Positions 10,043 to 20,377 of a stretch of 64,000 nt of DNA are shown here, in pieces. The position numbers and the translations under genes were made by a program. Source of the stretch: a virus; the IMG/VR virus record IMGVR_UViG_3300032053_000050, positions 7,803-71,802 of that record; one strand, written 5' to 3'. The notes under the pieces were generated by a model. It worked only from the letters and a program-made list of their open reading frames with translations. It had not been told where the DNA came from and made no database searches. How positions within the stretch are numbered: the first letter of the stretch is position 1; every line of letters begins with the position of its first letter.

Positions 10043-11245
10043 ATGACAAATTTAATATTTGATTTAAGTAACATAGCTTTTAGAAGTATGTATATAGTAT
10101 CAGGATATTCTAATAAAATGACTTTTGATTCTCAATCTGAAGTTGACCAACTTGTTCGCAAAATAGCAATGGATGTTTCTTTTATTACAAGATTAGTTAA
10201 TCCTTCAAGAGTTATTTTAGCATTAGATGCAAAATCTTGGCGTAAAGATATTAAAATTGAAGAAAATGAAGGTTATAAATCTGGAAGAGTAAAATCAAAA
10301 GCTGTTAATTGGGATAATGTATATAAAGCATTAGATGATTTTACAAGCATTATGGAAACTCAAGGCATGATAGTTACAAGAATTGAAAATGCTGAGGGCG
10401 ATGATATTATGGCATTATGGGCAGATGAACTTTTATACAAACAAGAACAACACGTTATTATAGTATCCGGAGATGAAGATGTTAGACAATTAGTCCAAAC
10501 TTATCCATCTACTTCTGGAAAAAATGTATATTCTACAGTATTTAATCCTTTTATGCAAGGAAAGAATGCTACAAGAAAACTTTATATCCCTAAATATTTC
10601 GAAGAATGGATTAATACTACAGATGTTGCAGACATTTTCAATATGAAAGGTTCTATTGATGTTGATAAAGAAGATTTTAAGAAAATTATAACTACTGAAA
10701 AATGTAAAATGGAATATACTGATGGTAGAATGATTGCTCTTAGAAAAATCTTTTGTGGAGATGATGGAGATAATGTTCCAGCTTTCTTTTCTTGGTTAAT
10801 TAGAGATGTTGATGGAACAGTTCTTAAAGATAAAAATGGTGAAAATAGAAAAGATAGAATTACCAATGGAAAATTTGAAAAGATTTATGAAAGTCTTTTA
10901 AAAACACCAAATGAAGAGATAACTTATTATGAAGTTTGTGAACGTCAATCTCAATTAAAAGAACTTATAGAAAAAATTACAAAACAAACGCCACCATTTA
11001 AAATTCAAGATAGATTAAATAGACAACTTAAATTAGTAGTATTAAGTCCGCATTTATTTCCTGAACAAATAAGAAATGATTTTGAAGAATTAAAAGAAAA
11101 ACAATTAGCTCGTCCACGTATAAACTATTCTGCTTCTAATATGTATAATCTTCTTGAAGGAAGTAAATATGTTAATGTACGTAAAGGAAATGAATCTACT
11201 ATATTTAGTGAAATTGACAAAACAATAGGAAAATCTTTATTTTAA
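10043..11245 (+). CDS. 5'-3' exonuclease / flap endonuclease (T4 RNase H-like)
   Basis: IFDLSNIAFR, SWRK...YKSGR, AEGDDIM, VSGDEDVRQL, GDDGDNVP. Confidence 0.9.
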   Translation: MTNLIFDLSNIAFRSMYIVSGYSNKMTFDSQSEVDQLVRKIAMDVSFITRLVNPSRVILALDAKSWRKDIKIEENEGYKSGRVKSKAVNWDNVYKALDDFTSIMETQGMIVTRIENAEGDDIMALWADELLYKQEQHVIIVSGDEDVRQLVQTYPSTSGKNVYSTVFNPFMQGKNATRKLYIPKYFEEWINTTDVADIFNMKGSIDVDKEDFKKIITTEKCKMEYTDGRMIALRKIFCGDDGDNVPAFFSWLIRDVDGTVLKDKNGENRKDRITNGKFEKIYESLLKTPNEEITYYEVCERQSQLKELIEKITKQTPPFKIQDRLNRQLKLVVLSPHLFPEQIRNDFEELKEKQLARPRINYSASNMYNLLEGSKYVNVRKGNESTIFSEIDKTIGKSLF

Positions 11246-11481
11246 TGAAATGCCCTAAATGTGGTTCGGTGCATATACACAAAGATATATATGCACCATA
11301 TGATTTATATTATTGTGATAACTGTTTTTATCAATGGATTATTAGCTCAATATAAATAATATATACTTGTTAAATTTTAACAAATTCTTAAGGTTTGATC
11401 GAAAACCTTTATCTTAGGATTCATATAATAAATACCTGAATCCCGGTGAAAAGAATCCCTGATCTGAAATAGAAATAAATT

Positions 11482-11901
11482 ATGGAGTTATTTGAATTTA
11501 TAAATATATTATTTACAAATTCCCTCGAATTTTCTAAGATTACTTCTGGTGAGAAAAGAAAACATTTTTTTCTTTGTCAAAGACGTTTTGCAATACAATT
11601 TCCACAACAAGCTAATGCTTTACAATCTTTAAAGATAAATCAAAATGCAGTTATTGATTTTTGGCAAGAATATTTAAGAAAAACATATAAAGGATATATG
11701 CCTAAATGGATATACACTAAAGGTGAGAAAAAAACTCAAGAAGTAAAAGAAAAGAAATCAAATGTAAGTGATGAAGTAATTAATGAATATTGTAAATGGA
11801 ATAAAATAGATAGAAAAACAATTAAAGATGCTTTAGAATTTTATAATAGTTTAATGATTGCTGAATTAAAAACATTTGAAAAAATAATTAAACAAAAATA
11901 A
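11482..11901 (+). CDS. Probable clamp loader small subunit (gp62-like)
   Basis: MELFEFIN start, KWIY, C-terminal helical 'DALEF' pattern; replication context. Confidence 0.45.
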   Translation: MELFEFINILFTNSLEFSKITSGEKRKHFFLCQRRFAIQFPQQANALQSLKINQNAVIDFWQEYLRKTYKGYMPKWIYTKGEKKTQEVKEKKSNVSDEVINEYCKWNKIDRKTIKDALEFYNSLMIAELKTFEKIIKQK

Positions 11902-12478
11902 TATAATATGGAAAATAAATGTGATTATCCTTATGAATTTATAGAATGGAAAGAAAAAAATGCCATTTACAATGTAAAAACAAATCTTTATTTATACTGG
12001 GAAGATAAATTTAGTTTAGAAAAATTATTTGAATATTGGAAAAGAAACATAAAAGATGAATTATGACAAGAGAAGAAGCAAAAAAATGGTTTAAAGAAGA
12101 TGTAGATTCTTATGGTAAACCTAAAGCTATAATGTCTAAAATAGATAAAATTTATGATGATTTTGATTTTATCTTGACAGATATTACTAAAAGATTAGAT
12201 GAAATTCATAATGATTTTAAAATAAATATCGAAAATAGAATAGATAAAATTTATAATAAAATAAATAATTCTGATGACGCCAAGAGTAAGGGATATAGTT
12301 AAAATGTATAAAGATACTAATCTTCAGGGAGTAGAAATATATCTTAATCAGCCTGAAATGGTAGTAGATCCATTATCTTGGGAAGGAAAGATTAAAAAAT
12401 TGATTGATAATAAGTTATATAATACAGCGAAGTGTGAAATTGAACTTGTGGGATATAAACTCTTAAATATATAAAAAT

Positions 12479-13015
12479 ATGAAAAAAACAAAAATAGTGC
12501 CGCTAGAAGATTATAATTATACGATTAAGGATTTATCTATCGAAGAAATAGTACCAAATAATATTGATAATTATTTAGTAAGTATTTATGAAAATCATCA
12601 TTTAATAGTATTGCCCAATAGTGTAATGGGAGAACAATTTAAAAACTGGAAAAAAAGTAGAGGTGGACAATTTTCAAAAGATGTTCTTTATTATACTCTT
12701 AAGAAATTTGAACAAGTAGCAAAATATGTTTTAATAAAAGGTAATGGAAAATATTTTATTGCAAGAATAATAGCTGAAGAAGAAAAATTAGATTTTGAAG
12801 CTCTTAAATTAATAGATGGACAAATAAAAGATATTTCATATATGATTTTAAGACATTTAAATGAAGATGATACTTTAACGAACACAAAATTAAGTATGTT
12901 TAATACTGAAGAAGAATTGAAAATTTTAGAATTTTATCCTTCTATAACAAATATACCTATTCATGATGAAGAATTAGATTATCATGGTGGAAGTATATCA
13001 CTTTTCTCTGATTAA
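12479..13015 (+). CDS. Hypothetical protein
   Basis: 178-aa ORF. Confidence 0.55.
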   Translation: MKKTKIVPLEDYNYTIKDLSIEEIVPNNIDNYLVSIYENHHLIVLPNSVMGEQFKNWKKSRGGQFSKDVLYYTLKKFEQVAKYVLIKGNGKYFIARIIAEEEKLDFEALKLIDGQIKDISYMILRHLNEDDTLTNTKLSMFNTEEELKILEFYPSITNIPIHDEELDYHGGSISLFSD

Positions 13016-13203
13016 TTATGAAAATATTAAGAAAAGAAATTGAAAAAAAAAATAAACAGTCGAGGTGAAAAGATAACCGATTGTGAAAAGTATGTTCTAA
13101 TACCTGAGATACTTAGAGGAAATTGTACTGAAATTTCATTTGAAGGAAACATAAAATGTACTTATGTATGCGATTTTTTTGTACAAAAAATAAAAAATAA
13201 ATT

Positions 13204-13887
13204 ATGATTAAAATAAAAAAAGATTTGTTTAAAAAAACATGTATGATTTTATTATTTTTATTATCATATAAATCAGTAATAGCACCAGCATCAATATCAC
13301 AATTTGATATAGAAAAATATAAACAATCAAAAATAATAGAATATTATAATGTTAAGAAAACTGAAGAATTAATTAATCAAAAATTAATTAAAACCATACA
13401 TGACTATATTGAAAAATATAGTGTTGGAAAATCTCAATTAAATGCTCAAATAATTATAAATAAGTGTGATGAATATAAAGTAGATTTAAAAATAGTTCTT
13501 GCTCAAGCACAATTAGAATCTCATTTTGGTACACGAGGAAGAGCAGTTAAAACACATTCAGTATTTAATGTTGGCGCATTAGATAATGGAAAAACACTAA
13601 ATTTCTATGATGATCCTAATCATTCAATAGAGCCATATATTAGATTATTAAAAACTAAATATTTAGTAAATAAAACTGAAAAAGATTTATTATATGGAAA
13701 TTTTATAGATATAACAGGAAAAAGATATGCAACAAGCAAACAATATGAAAGAGAATTATTAAAAATAATTTCTAATATTCAAACTTATACAAATATTGAT
13801 AAATTATTATCAGAAAGAAAAAAAATCACATTAGCAATTTTACAAATAGAAAATAATAATTTTAATAAACAATTTATAAATTTATGA
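13204..13887 (+). CDS. Glucosaminidase-domain (GH73-like) peptidoglycan hydrolase
   Basis: LAQAQLESHFGT, FNVGA, RYATSKQY; N-terminal signal/anchor. Confidence 0.75.
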   Translation: MIKIKKDLFKKTCMILLFLLSYKSVIAPASISQFDIEKYKQSKIIEYYNVKKTEELINQKLIKTIHDYIEKYSVGKSQLNAQIIINKCDEYKVDLKIVLAQAQLESHFGTRGRAVKTHSVFNVGALDNGKTLNFYDDPNHSIEPYIRLLKTKYLVNKTEKDLLYGNFIDITGKRYATSKQYERELLKIISNIQTYTNIDKLLSERKKITLAILQIENNNFNKQFINL

Positions 13888-14492
13888 CACAATCACAAGA
13901 GAATTTTAATAAATCTTTAGTATATATTAAACGAAAAGGTATAGAAAATTTAGTAAATTGGTTAACATCAGAAACAGATTTTTTTACTGCGCCATCTTCA
14001 GCTATTTATCATGGTAATTTTGAAGAAGGCTTATTACAACATTCTTTAAACGTACTTTCTTTTGCTCTTAATAATTTTAATTATATAGTTAAAAGAAAAC
14101 CTGAGTATGAATATTTAAGAGAGTCAGTAGTTATTGCAGCACTATTTCATGATGTTTGTAAAACAAACTATTATGTAAAACAAAATAAATGGACTAAAGA
14201 TGAAAATAATAAATGGAAAGAATATCTTGGTTGGACTGTAGCAGATACATTTCCTATGGGGCATGGTGAAAAAAGTATTTATCTTATATCTAAATATATT
14301 GAATTAACCGAAAGTGAAGTTTTAGCTATACGATGGCACATGGGAATGTATGATATTTCTCCTACAGCATCAAATTTTACGCTAAATGCGTATAATCAAG
14401 CTTCTTCACATCCCCTTGTTAGAATAATTAACTCAGCAGATTCTTTAACTTTAATAGTAGAAGAAACAGTAGATTATAAAAATTTACATTAG
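13884..14492 (+). CDS. HD-domain phosphohydrolase
   Basis: FFTAPSS..YHG...GLLQHS, LFHDVCK, MGHGEKS, AIRWHMG, AD. Confidence 0.9.
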   Translation: MTQSQENFNKSLVYIKRKGIENLVNWLTSETDFFTAPSSAIYHGNFEEGLLQHSLNVLSFALNNFNYIVKRKPEYEYLRESVVIAALFHDVCKTNYYVKQNKWTKDENNKWKEYLGWTVADTFPMGHGEKSIYLISKYIELTESEVLAIRWHMGMYDISPTASNFTLNAYNQASSHPLVRIINSADSLTLIVEETVDYKNLH

Positions 14493-14507
14493 GTACTAAA
14501 ATACATC

Positions 14508-14708
14508 GTGGCTCCTTTGGTATATATTAAAAATGGAAATAATTTTTTTATATCAAAAAATGATCCCAGATATTTATCGGGTGAATTAATCCATCATTTT
14601 AAAAATACAATATTAGTTAAAGATAAAAATGGAAAAGCAATGAGAGTTAAAAAAAATGATCCTCGATATTTATCTAAAGAATTAGTGGGTATTCGTAAAA
14701 AAATGTAA
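14508..14708 (+). pseudogene. Homing-endonuclease DNA-binding repeat remnant
   Basis: Two NDPRYLS.EL repeats; similar segment at the N-terminus of 61357. Confidence 0.5.
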
Positions 14709-14856
14709 AAATGGTATTATTAGTAAAAATTATTAGTACTGCTGATGTACTTGCTGTAGGTTTAGAAGACACAATTGACTATAAGAATAAGTAGACATAT
14801 ATGTTAATAATTTTTAATATTTTATTAATGAATATATAAAATAAAATACTAAAAAA

Positions 14857-15744
14857 ATGAAGAATTTAGTTCGTGAATCTATTATTAATGAAACTACAGA
14901 ATTTAAAGATATAAAAAGAATAAAAGATTTATTTCATAGAAGTAAAGGAAGTGATTCTAAATTACTTCAATTAACACAAAATATGGCTAATTCTATAGAT
15001 GATATAGATAAAGCACAAAGACGAGCTGAAGCTGCTTGGGAAATACTTGGAAAAGAAGATAATCCAATTGCTGATATTTTCTTAAAAAGAATAGAAGAAC
15101 TTAAAGACAGCAGCAAAACATTAAAACCTAAACAAACAATTAATTTTTCAAAACCTATTTCAAAAATACCTGATAAAAATCCAGAACCTGATTACGATAA
15201 TTTAACAAAGAATTATGGTAATTATGTTAGTAAAAAACAAGGAGTCATTTATCTACCATCTTACTCGGCTATTGCTCTATGGGATTGGGAAATAACCGGA
15301 CAATTATCTGATGGAGCTTGGGAAAACTCAAAACCTGATGATCATTATAAATTTTGGTGTAATCTTTTACCACGTTTAGGCATTCCTGAAGTTAAATCCA
15401 GAGGTAGATGTAAAAAAGACGGATACAACTTAACAGGATTAATTGAATACGTTGGTGATAGAATGGTTCAATATGGTAGATTTGGAAAGGCTGCTGGAGA
15501 AGAAATTTTAAAAATGGGTGGAGAAGTTAGATCAACTGTTGAAGATTTTCCAAAAGAAGGCCCTTTTAATCTTGAAGAATGGAAACAAAAGCAAATTATA
15601 GGAAAAGATTGGCGTGCAAAAGATTATTATTGGGTAGGTTTAGAACAAAAACATATAGATGCATTTTATAATACAAAATATGATGAAAAAGATATGAGAA
15701 AAGATCTTTCTTATATTAAAGAAGCTATGAAAAAAAGAAGATAA
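14857..15744 (+). CDS. Hypothetical (possible virion internal) protein
   Basis: Late-type AATATATAA upstream; MKNLVRESIINE N-terminus. Confidence 0.55.
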   Translation: MKNLVRESIINETTEFKDIKRIKDLFHRSKGSDSKLLQLTQNMANSIDDIDKAQRRAEAAWEILGKEDNPIADIFLKRIEELKDSSKTLKPKQTINFSKPISKIPDKNPEPDYDNLTKNYGNYVSKKQGVIYLPSYSAIALWDWEITGQLSDGAWENSKPDDHYKFWCNLLPRLGIPEVKSRGRCKKDGYNLTGLIEYVGDRMVQYGRFGKAAGEEILKMGGEVRSTVEDFPKEGPFNLEEWKQKQIIGKDWRAKDYYWVGLEQKHIDAFYNTKYDEKDMRKDLSYIKEAMKKRR

Positions 15745-15751
15745 AAATACT

Positions 15752-16534
15752 ATGGATTTTACTAAATATAAATTTAATCTTGAAAAATCTCCAACTGATC
15801 CACGAGATTTTATGCTTGAAGCTATTTATCCTAATATAGTAGTTCTTCCAGAAACATATGATATGCGATCTCAATTACAAACAGTTAGAGATCAAGGACA
15901 ACAAGGAACGTGTTCAGCACAAACAGCTGGCGCTATTAAAGAATGGCAGGAAAAAATCGATGTTCAATTTGATGAATATATGTCTCCACAGTTTGTTTAT
16001 AATTTAAGAACAAATCAACAGAGTGAAGGGATGACTCCAAGAGATACGATGGAAATTCTTTATAAAATAGGAATTGTTCCTGAAAAAAGTTATCCTTATG
16101 GAACATTTAAAAAAATCACAGCTCCACTTTTAAAAGAAGCTGAACAATTTAAAATTCAGGGATATGCTCAAATTAATACAATAGATTCTCTTAAAAAGGC
16201 ACTTTTTGCTAATGGCCCTTGTTATATTGCTTTTCCAGTTTATGATCCTGAAAAAATGGATTTTTGGAAACAACAATTTATAAATCAACCAATGCTTGGA
16301 GGACATGCTGTAACAGTAACTGGATTTTTAAAAGATAGTTTTATTATAAGAAATTCTTGGAGTTCTCTGTGGGGTGATAGCGGATATACTTATCTTCCTT
16401 ATACTGATTGGGGATGTCAATGGGAAGTATGGACATCAATTGATGCTAATTCAAATCCAGAAACTCTTAAGAAAAAAGCTGAAAATTATATTAAAAAAAG
16501 AGGTTTTTTCAAAAGAATATTTGGTATAAAATAA
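15752..16534 (+). CDS. Papain-like cysteine peptidase (C1 family)
   Basis: RDQGQQGTCSA (catalytic C), GGHAV (H), IRNSW (N), WGDSGY. Confidence 0.9.
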   Translation: MDFTKYKFNLEKSPTDPRDFMLEAIYPNIVVLPETYDMRSQLQTVRDQGQQGTCSAQTAGAIKEWQEKIDVQFDEYMSPQFVYNLRTNQQSEGMTPRDTMEILYKIGIVPEKSYPYGTFKKITAPLLKEAEQFKIQGYAQINTIDSLKKALFANGPCYIAFPVYDPEKMDFWKQQFINQPMLGGHAVTVTGFLKDSFIIRNSWSSLWGDSGYTYLPYTDWGCQWEVWTSIDANSNPETLKKKAENYIKKRGFFKRIFGIK

Positions 16535-17320
16535 TAAAATTACTATGAAAAAAATGGTAAATGAAAGTTTAAAAGATGAATTAATAGCACGATTAATGTC
16601 AACATTATTTAAAGATGATGATCCTAAACATTATGATTCAAATATTAAATATTTAGAATCATTATCTTTTGAAGATATAGAAGAAATGATAGTTGATTAT
16701 AATATGCATGGAATTACAATGAAATAATATAAGATGCAGCAACATTTTTTTCAAACATTTTTTGGTCCAGGAACGCAAATAGTGCAAAATGAAGATCCTG
16801 TTTTAGAATATATAATACATAATGAAACTATTTTAGAAATAGTAAATAATTGGCCGTTTGTAAGGTGGATGATGGATAGACATAGACACGGAGAATTAAA
16901 ACAAGTAGATCAAATGGAACAACTTTGGATTAATTTTATTTCTCGACACAATATTGATATAGAAAGTTTTAAAAATAATAAAGATTTTCTCAAAGTATTT
17001 TGGAAAAATCCTATAAATTAAAAAATTATGAAAAATAACGATTTTGTTCCAGTTAAAAAAATTCTGAATATTATTAATTCATGTAATTCCGAAGAACAAT
17101 TAGAAAATTGTAATATAGTAATTAAAAATTATGTTAATTCTGTAAAGAAAAAAGGGGTAATTAATTATAATGAATTAGAAAATAGATTAAATGAAGAACT
17201 ATTACAAAGACAAGAAGCTTTATATCTTGTTAAGATTTTTACTTAATTTAAAATTTTTTAACAAAGTATTAACATTCTCTTATAAAACTTTTATAATTTA
17301 TTGTGATATATAATTAAAAA

Positions 17321-17425
17321 ATGATGATATTAAATTATACATATACTCAACAACCCCAACTCATAACCTTTTATGAGCCACAATCATTATGTCTATTTGA
17401 GAACACGGAGGGAAGAATGAAGTAA
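17321..17425 (+). promoter_or_regulatory. Leader uORF (34 aa) of an attenuator-like element
   Basis: Contains ACGGAGGG (17405-17412), identical to the 3' arm of the downstream terminator. Confidence 0.45.
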
Positions 17426-17464
17426 GTATAAAGAATATCATACACTATATTTTAACACTTATTA

Positions 17465-17496
17465 AAAAAACCCTCCAATGAAACGGAGGGTTTTTT
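17465..17496 (+). terminator. Intrinsic terminator
   Basis: aaaaaaccctcc-aatgaaac-ggagggtttttt. Confidence 0.85.
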
Positions 17497-17932
17497 ATTT
17501 TTAATAATATTTTAACAACAACAGTTGTTAATAGTTCTTTGAAATGTTTATATTTGTAAAAACAATTTATTATGGCAAGTAGTATAAAAGGTACATCAGG
17601 TGAAAGTTTAGCAGACGTAGTAAGAAACGTAAACGATACTTTAAAAGCAGCAGGAAAATTTGGATTGGAAGTAGAAACTATTGCAACAGCTTTATTATTT
17701 CTTAAAGAAAATCCAACAATGACAATAGAATATGCATTACATGTAGGACTTCAAGATTGGGATGTATGACATCATTTTATTTTTATATACCAAAAGATAT
17801 ATCAACACCTTATATTATAGATGTTAATAAATCAGATGGAAGAAAAATAATAGAATGGTTAAATGGAAATACAACGTTTTATCATTTTTTACAAAAACAA
17901 AGATTTGGCAAGCTATATAATATAATACGGCA

Positions 17933-18118
17933 ATGATAAAACATTTAACGCCAAGGTCTAAAGAAGAATTAGATAAACTTCCGCCTTACGTAGAAATACT
18001 ATATGTTCCAGGATTACGAGGACCTTTTGGAATGCCAGGAAATAGAGGAACAGAAGGTCCAGTAGGAATTCCAGGAATAGAGAGTTATATTAGAAAAATG
18101 AAAACTTATAAAAAATAA
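17933..18118 (+). CDS. Small protein with IKHLTPR N-terminus and short collagen-like GXY run
   Basis: GLRGPFGMPGNRGTEGPVGIPG. Confidence 0.55.
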   Translation: MIKHLTPRSKEELDKLPPYVEILYVPGLRGPFGMPGNRGTEGPVGIPGIESYIRKMKTYKK

Positions 18119-18183
18119 ATGTAAAAACATTTTTTCGTGTCAAGAATTTATATTACTTTTACATTCCAATCAAAATAAAAATT

Positions 18184-18254
18184 GGCCATTATGCTCAATG
18201 GATGGGTACCGGTCTGCAAAACCGGAGTAGAGAGTTCGATCCTCTCAATGGCCT
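18184..18254 (+). tRNA. tRNA-Cys(GCA)
   Basis: Cloverleaf; ccggt-ctgcaaa-accgg. Confidence 0.9.
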
Positions 18255-18288
18255 CAGTTCTTTGATAAATTGTTTTAATAAAAAATAT

Positions 18289-18419
18289 GGGGGATAGCAA
18301 AGCAAATCACATTCTTCTTAGCTTTCCCAGCAATGTGGTGATTAGTAAGAATTACATCGCAAGGTAAAAATCAAATCTGAAATTTTGAAATCGCCGTTCA
18401 AATCGGTAATCCCCCACCA
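18289..18419 (+). ncRNA. Circularly permuted Y-like RNA with tRNA acceptor/T arm and encoded CCA
   Basis: GGGGGAT/ATCCCCC-A-CCA, T arm gccg-ttcaaat-cggt; interior holds the Y-stem strands in reversed order capped by GCAA. Confidence 0.7.
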
Positions 18420-18424
18420 ATAAT

Positions 18425-18494
18425 ACTTCTATGGTCTAACATTCATAGGACGCATCGGCCGATGTAATTTGGGTATGAAATCCCAATAGAGGTA
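18425..18494 (+). ncRNA. tRNA-like RNA lacking a normal anticodon loop
   Basis: acttcta/tagaggt acceptor, D arm, gcatc-ggcc-gatgt arm with 4-nt loop, ttggg/cccaa T arm. Confidence 0.5.
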
Positions 18495-18502
18495 AATTTT
18501 TA

Positions 18503-18583
18503 AAGTTGTAGTAAGGTAAATGAGTTACTTCGCCGAACCATTAAATTCAGTTAAAATGACACTCAAACCAAATTTCTCAACTT
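18503..18583 (+). ncRNA. Y-like RNA 1 (minimal)
   Basis: aagttg-tagtaa...tgagt-tacttcg...actca...aaatttct-caactt. Confidence 0.75.
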
Positions 18584-18588
18584 AATTT

Positions 18589-18661
18589 TGTTCTATGGTG
18601 TAACAGGAAACATATCTGCCTCTGAAGTAGAAGAGTATAGGTTCGAAGCCTATTAGAACAG
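18589..18661 (+). tRNA. tRNA-Gln(CTG)
   Basis: tctgc-ctctgaa-gtaga. Confidence 0.85.
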
Positions 18662-18682
18662 CGACTTTTTAACCTTTGAACT

Positions 18683-18755
18683 TGCCCTTTTATGTAATGG
18701 TTTAGCATATTAGTTTTTGAAGCTAAGAGTCAGAGTTCGAATCTCTGAAGGGCAG
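18683..18755 (+). tRNA. tRNA-Gln(TTG)
   Basis: ttagt-ttttgaa-gctaa. Confidence 0.85.
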
Positions 18756-18808
18756 CATGGTGCATAAAGGAGATATGCTTAAATGGGATTCAAATCACCA
18801 GCCATAAC

Positions 18809-18884
18809 GGAGTGATAACATAGATGGTCTGTGTGCCGGACTGAAAATTCGGAAGTGGTTTGGGATCGATACCCCCTCACTCCA
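18809..18884 (+). tRNA. tRNA-Phe(GAA)
   Basis: ccgga-ctgaaaa-ttcgg; atypical T loop. Confidence 0.75.
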
Positions 18885-18938
18885 CAAAGAAACATATATA
18901 GATTTTTGATATAATGTTCTTTGATATATTGATTTTTT

Positions 18939-19026
18939 CGGGATGTAGGTCCGTAGTCAGGTAGCGGTCCCGCCTTGGAAGCGGGTGGATATGATTCCCT
19001 CACAGGTTCGATTCCTGTTATCCCGA
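18939..19026 (+). tRNA. tRNA-Pro(TGG), long variable arm
   Basis: cccgc-cttggaa-gcggg. Confidence 0.85.
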
Positions 19027-19038
19027 CCCTCTAATATT

Positions 19039-19112
19039 GTCCGTGTAGGAAAATGGTAAACCGCTTGCCTTAGAAGCAAGATTTTTTATGGGTTCGAATC
19101 CCATCATGGACA
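19039..19112 (+). tRNA. tRNA-Leu(TAG), short variable loop
   Basis: cttgc-cttagaa-gcaag. Confidence 0.85.
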
Positions 19113-19133
19113 CAAAATAAACAGTTAGCTAAT

Positions 19134-19208
19134 GCTCCCATAGCCCAAATGGTAGAGGCAACAAGTTTAAGCCTTGTATAGGTATCGGTTCGAATCCGAT
19201 AGGGAGTA
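19134..19208 (+). tRNA. tRNA-Leu(TAA), short variable loop
   Basis: acaag-tttaagc-cttgt. Confidence 0.85.
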
Positions 19209-19221
19209 CAAAAAATAAATT

Positions 19222-19304
19222 GCCCAGATGATGAAACTGGTAACCATATCGGTCTAAGAAGCCGATGCCAATCTGGCTTAAGGGTTCGAGTCCCTTTTTG
19301 GGCA
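19222..19304 (+). tRNA. tRNA-Leu(AAG)
   Basis: tcggt-ctaagaa-gccga; long variable arm. Confidence 0.85.
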
Positions 19305-19352
19305 CAATTTAAACATATTGTTTAAATTAAATTAAAATAAATTAAGAATAAA

Positions 19353-19562
19353 ATGAGTGAAAAAACAACAAAATTGAACGGAACAGTTAAATTTTTTAAT
19401 TCAACAAAAGGCTTTGGCTTCATTAAGGATTACAATTCTACAAAAGAGTATTTTTGCCATGTAACTGGATGTATCGATACAATTAATGAAAATGATGAAG
19501 TAGAATTTGATTTAAAATCTGGCCTAAAGGGTGAAAATGCAATTAATGTAAAATTAATATAA
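19353..19562 (+). CDS. Cold-shock domain protein
   Basis: GTVKFFNSTKGFGFI...YFCHV...GENAINV. Confidence 0.9.
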   Translation: MSEKTTKLNGTVKFFNSTKGFGFIKDYNSTKEYFCHVTGCIDTINENDEVEFDLKSGLKGENAINVKLI

Positions 19563-19619
19563 TTCACGAATTGATAAAGGAGGTCAGGTGACTACGTCCG
19601 ATTAAACGATGTCACAAAT

Positions 19620-19688
19620 GGGATAGATTCTTTGGAGAAACCGGAACTGTAAATTCTCACCTAGTAGGTTCGATGCCTGCCTATCCCA
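19620..19688 (+). tRNA. tRNA-Tyr(GTA), compact atypical form
   Basis: gggatag/ctatccc; ggaa-ctgtaaa-ttct; reduced D arm. Confidence 0.65.
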
Positions 19689-19791
19689 CAAATATTTGAA
19701 ACAAGACTATACATTATAAAAAATAAAATTTTGGCACAAAGTAGATTGATATGGTAGTAACTACATGAGTGGCCACTCTACTACCAACAAT

Positions 19792-19866
19792 GGCCCGTTC
19801 GTCTAGATGGTTTAGGACATCGCCCCTTCAAAGCGAAGATCATGGATTCGAATTCCATACGGGCTA
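19792..19866 (+). tRNA. tRNA-Glu(TTC)
   Basis: Glu-type body GGCCCGTTCGTCTAG..GGTTTAGGAC; loop ccttcaa (C33). Confidence 0.8.
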
Positions 19867-20003
19867 CAAATTTTAGTAATTATGTTAAAACACACATGGA
19901 GAGGAATTATGTTATTTTTTTTGTTAATTCCTGCATTATTATTTTATCTATTATCTATATTTTTTATATGGCTATCAAAAAAAATATTTTAATAAATATA
20001 AAA

Positions 20004-20306
20004 ATGCAAGCATATAAATTATTCAGAATTCTTAAATCTGGTCATATTACATCTTTATTTATTAATAAATCAGAACATTTAAAAAGAAATGTTTGGATAG
20101 ATGCAAAAAGTTATCCAACAAAAGGTTTTAAAATAAGACCATATTGGCATTGTACAGAAAAACCTAATGCACCTCATTTAAGCATGAAAAATAGAGTATG
20201 GTTAAAAGTTGAAATGGAAAATTATGAAGAATTTATAAGACCAGAATATCAAGGTGGAAAATGGTTTTTAGCTAAAAAACTTAAAATATATAATAATATT
20301 ATTTAA
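20004..20306 (+). CDS. Hypothetical phage protein
   Basis: MQAYKLFR...RPYWHC...PHL. Confidence 0.55.
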   Translation: MQAYKLFRILKSGHITSLFINKSEHLKRNVWIDAKSYPTKGFKIRPYWHCTEKPNAPHLSMKNRVWLKVEMENYEEFIRPEYQGGKWFLAKKLKIYNNII

Positions 20307-20377
20307 AAAATATTTTTTTATATCAAAACTTTATATTATATTTGTACTATAAATAAAATATAGTTCTTTAACATATT

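Noticed and set aside
19792-19866. Opal suppressor / Sec tRNA (TCA reading of cttcaaa)
   Set aside because: Stem register centres TTC and the body is Glu-type
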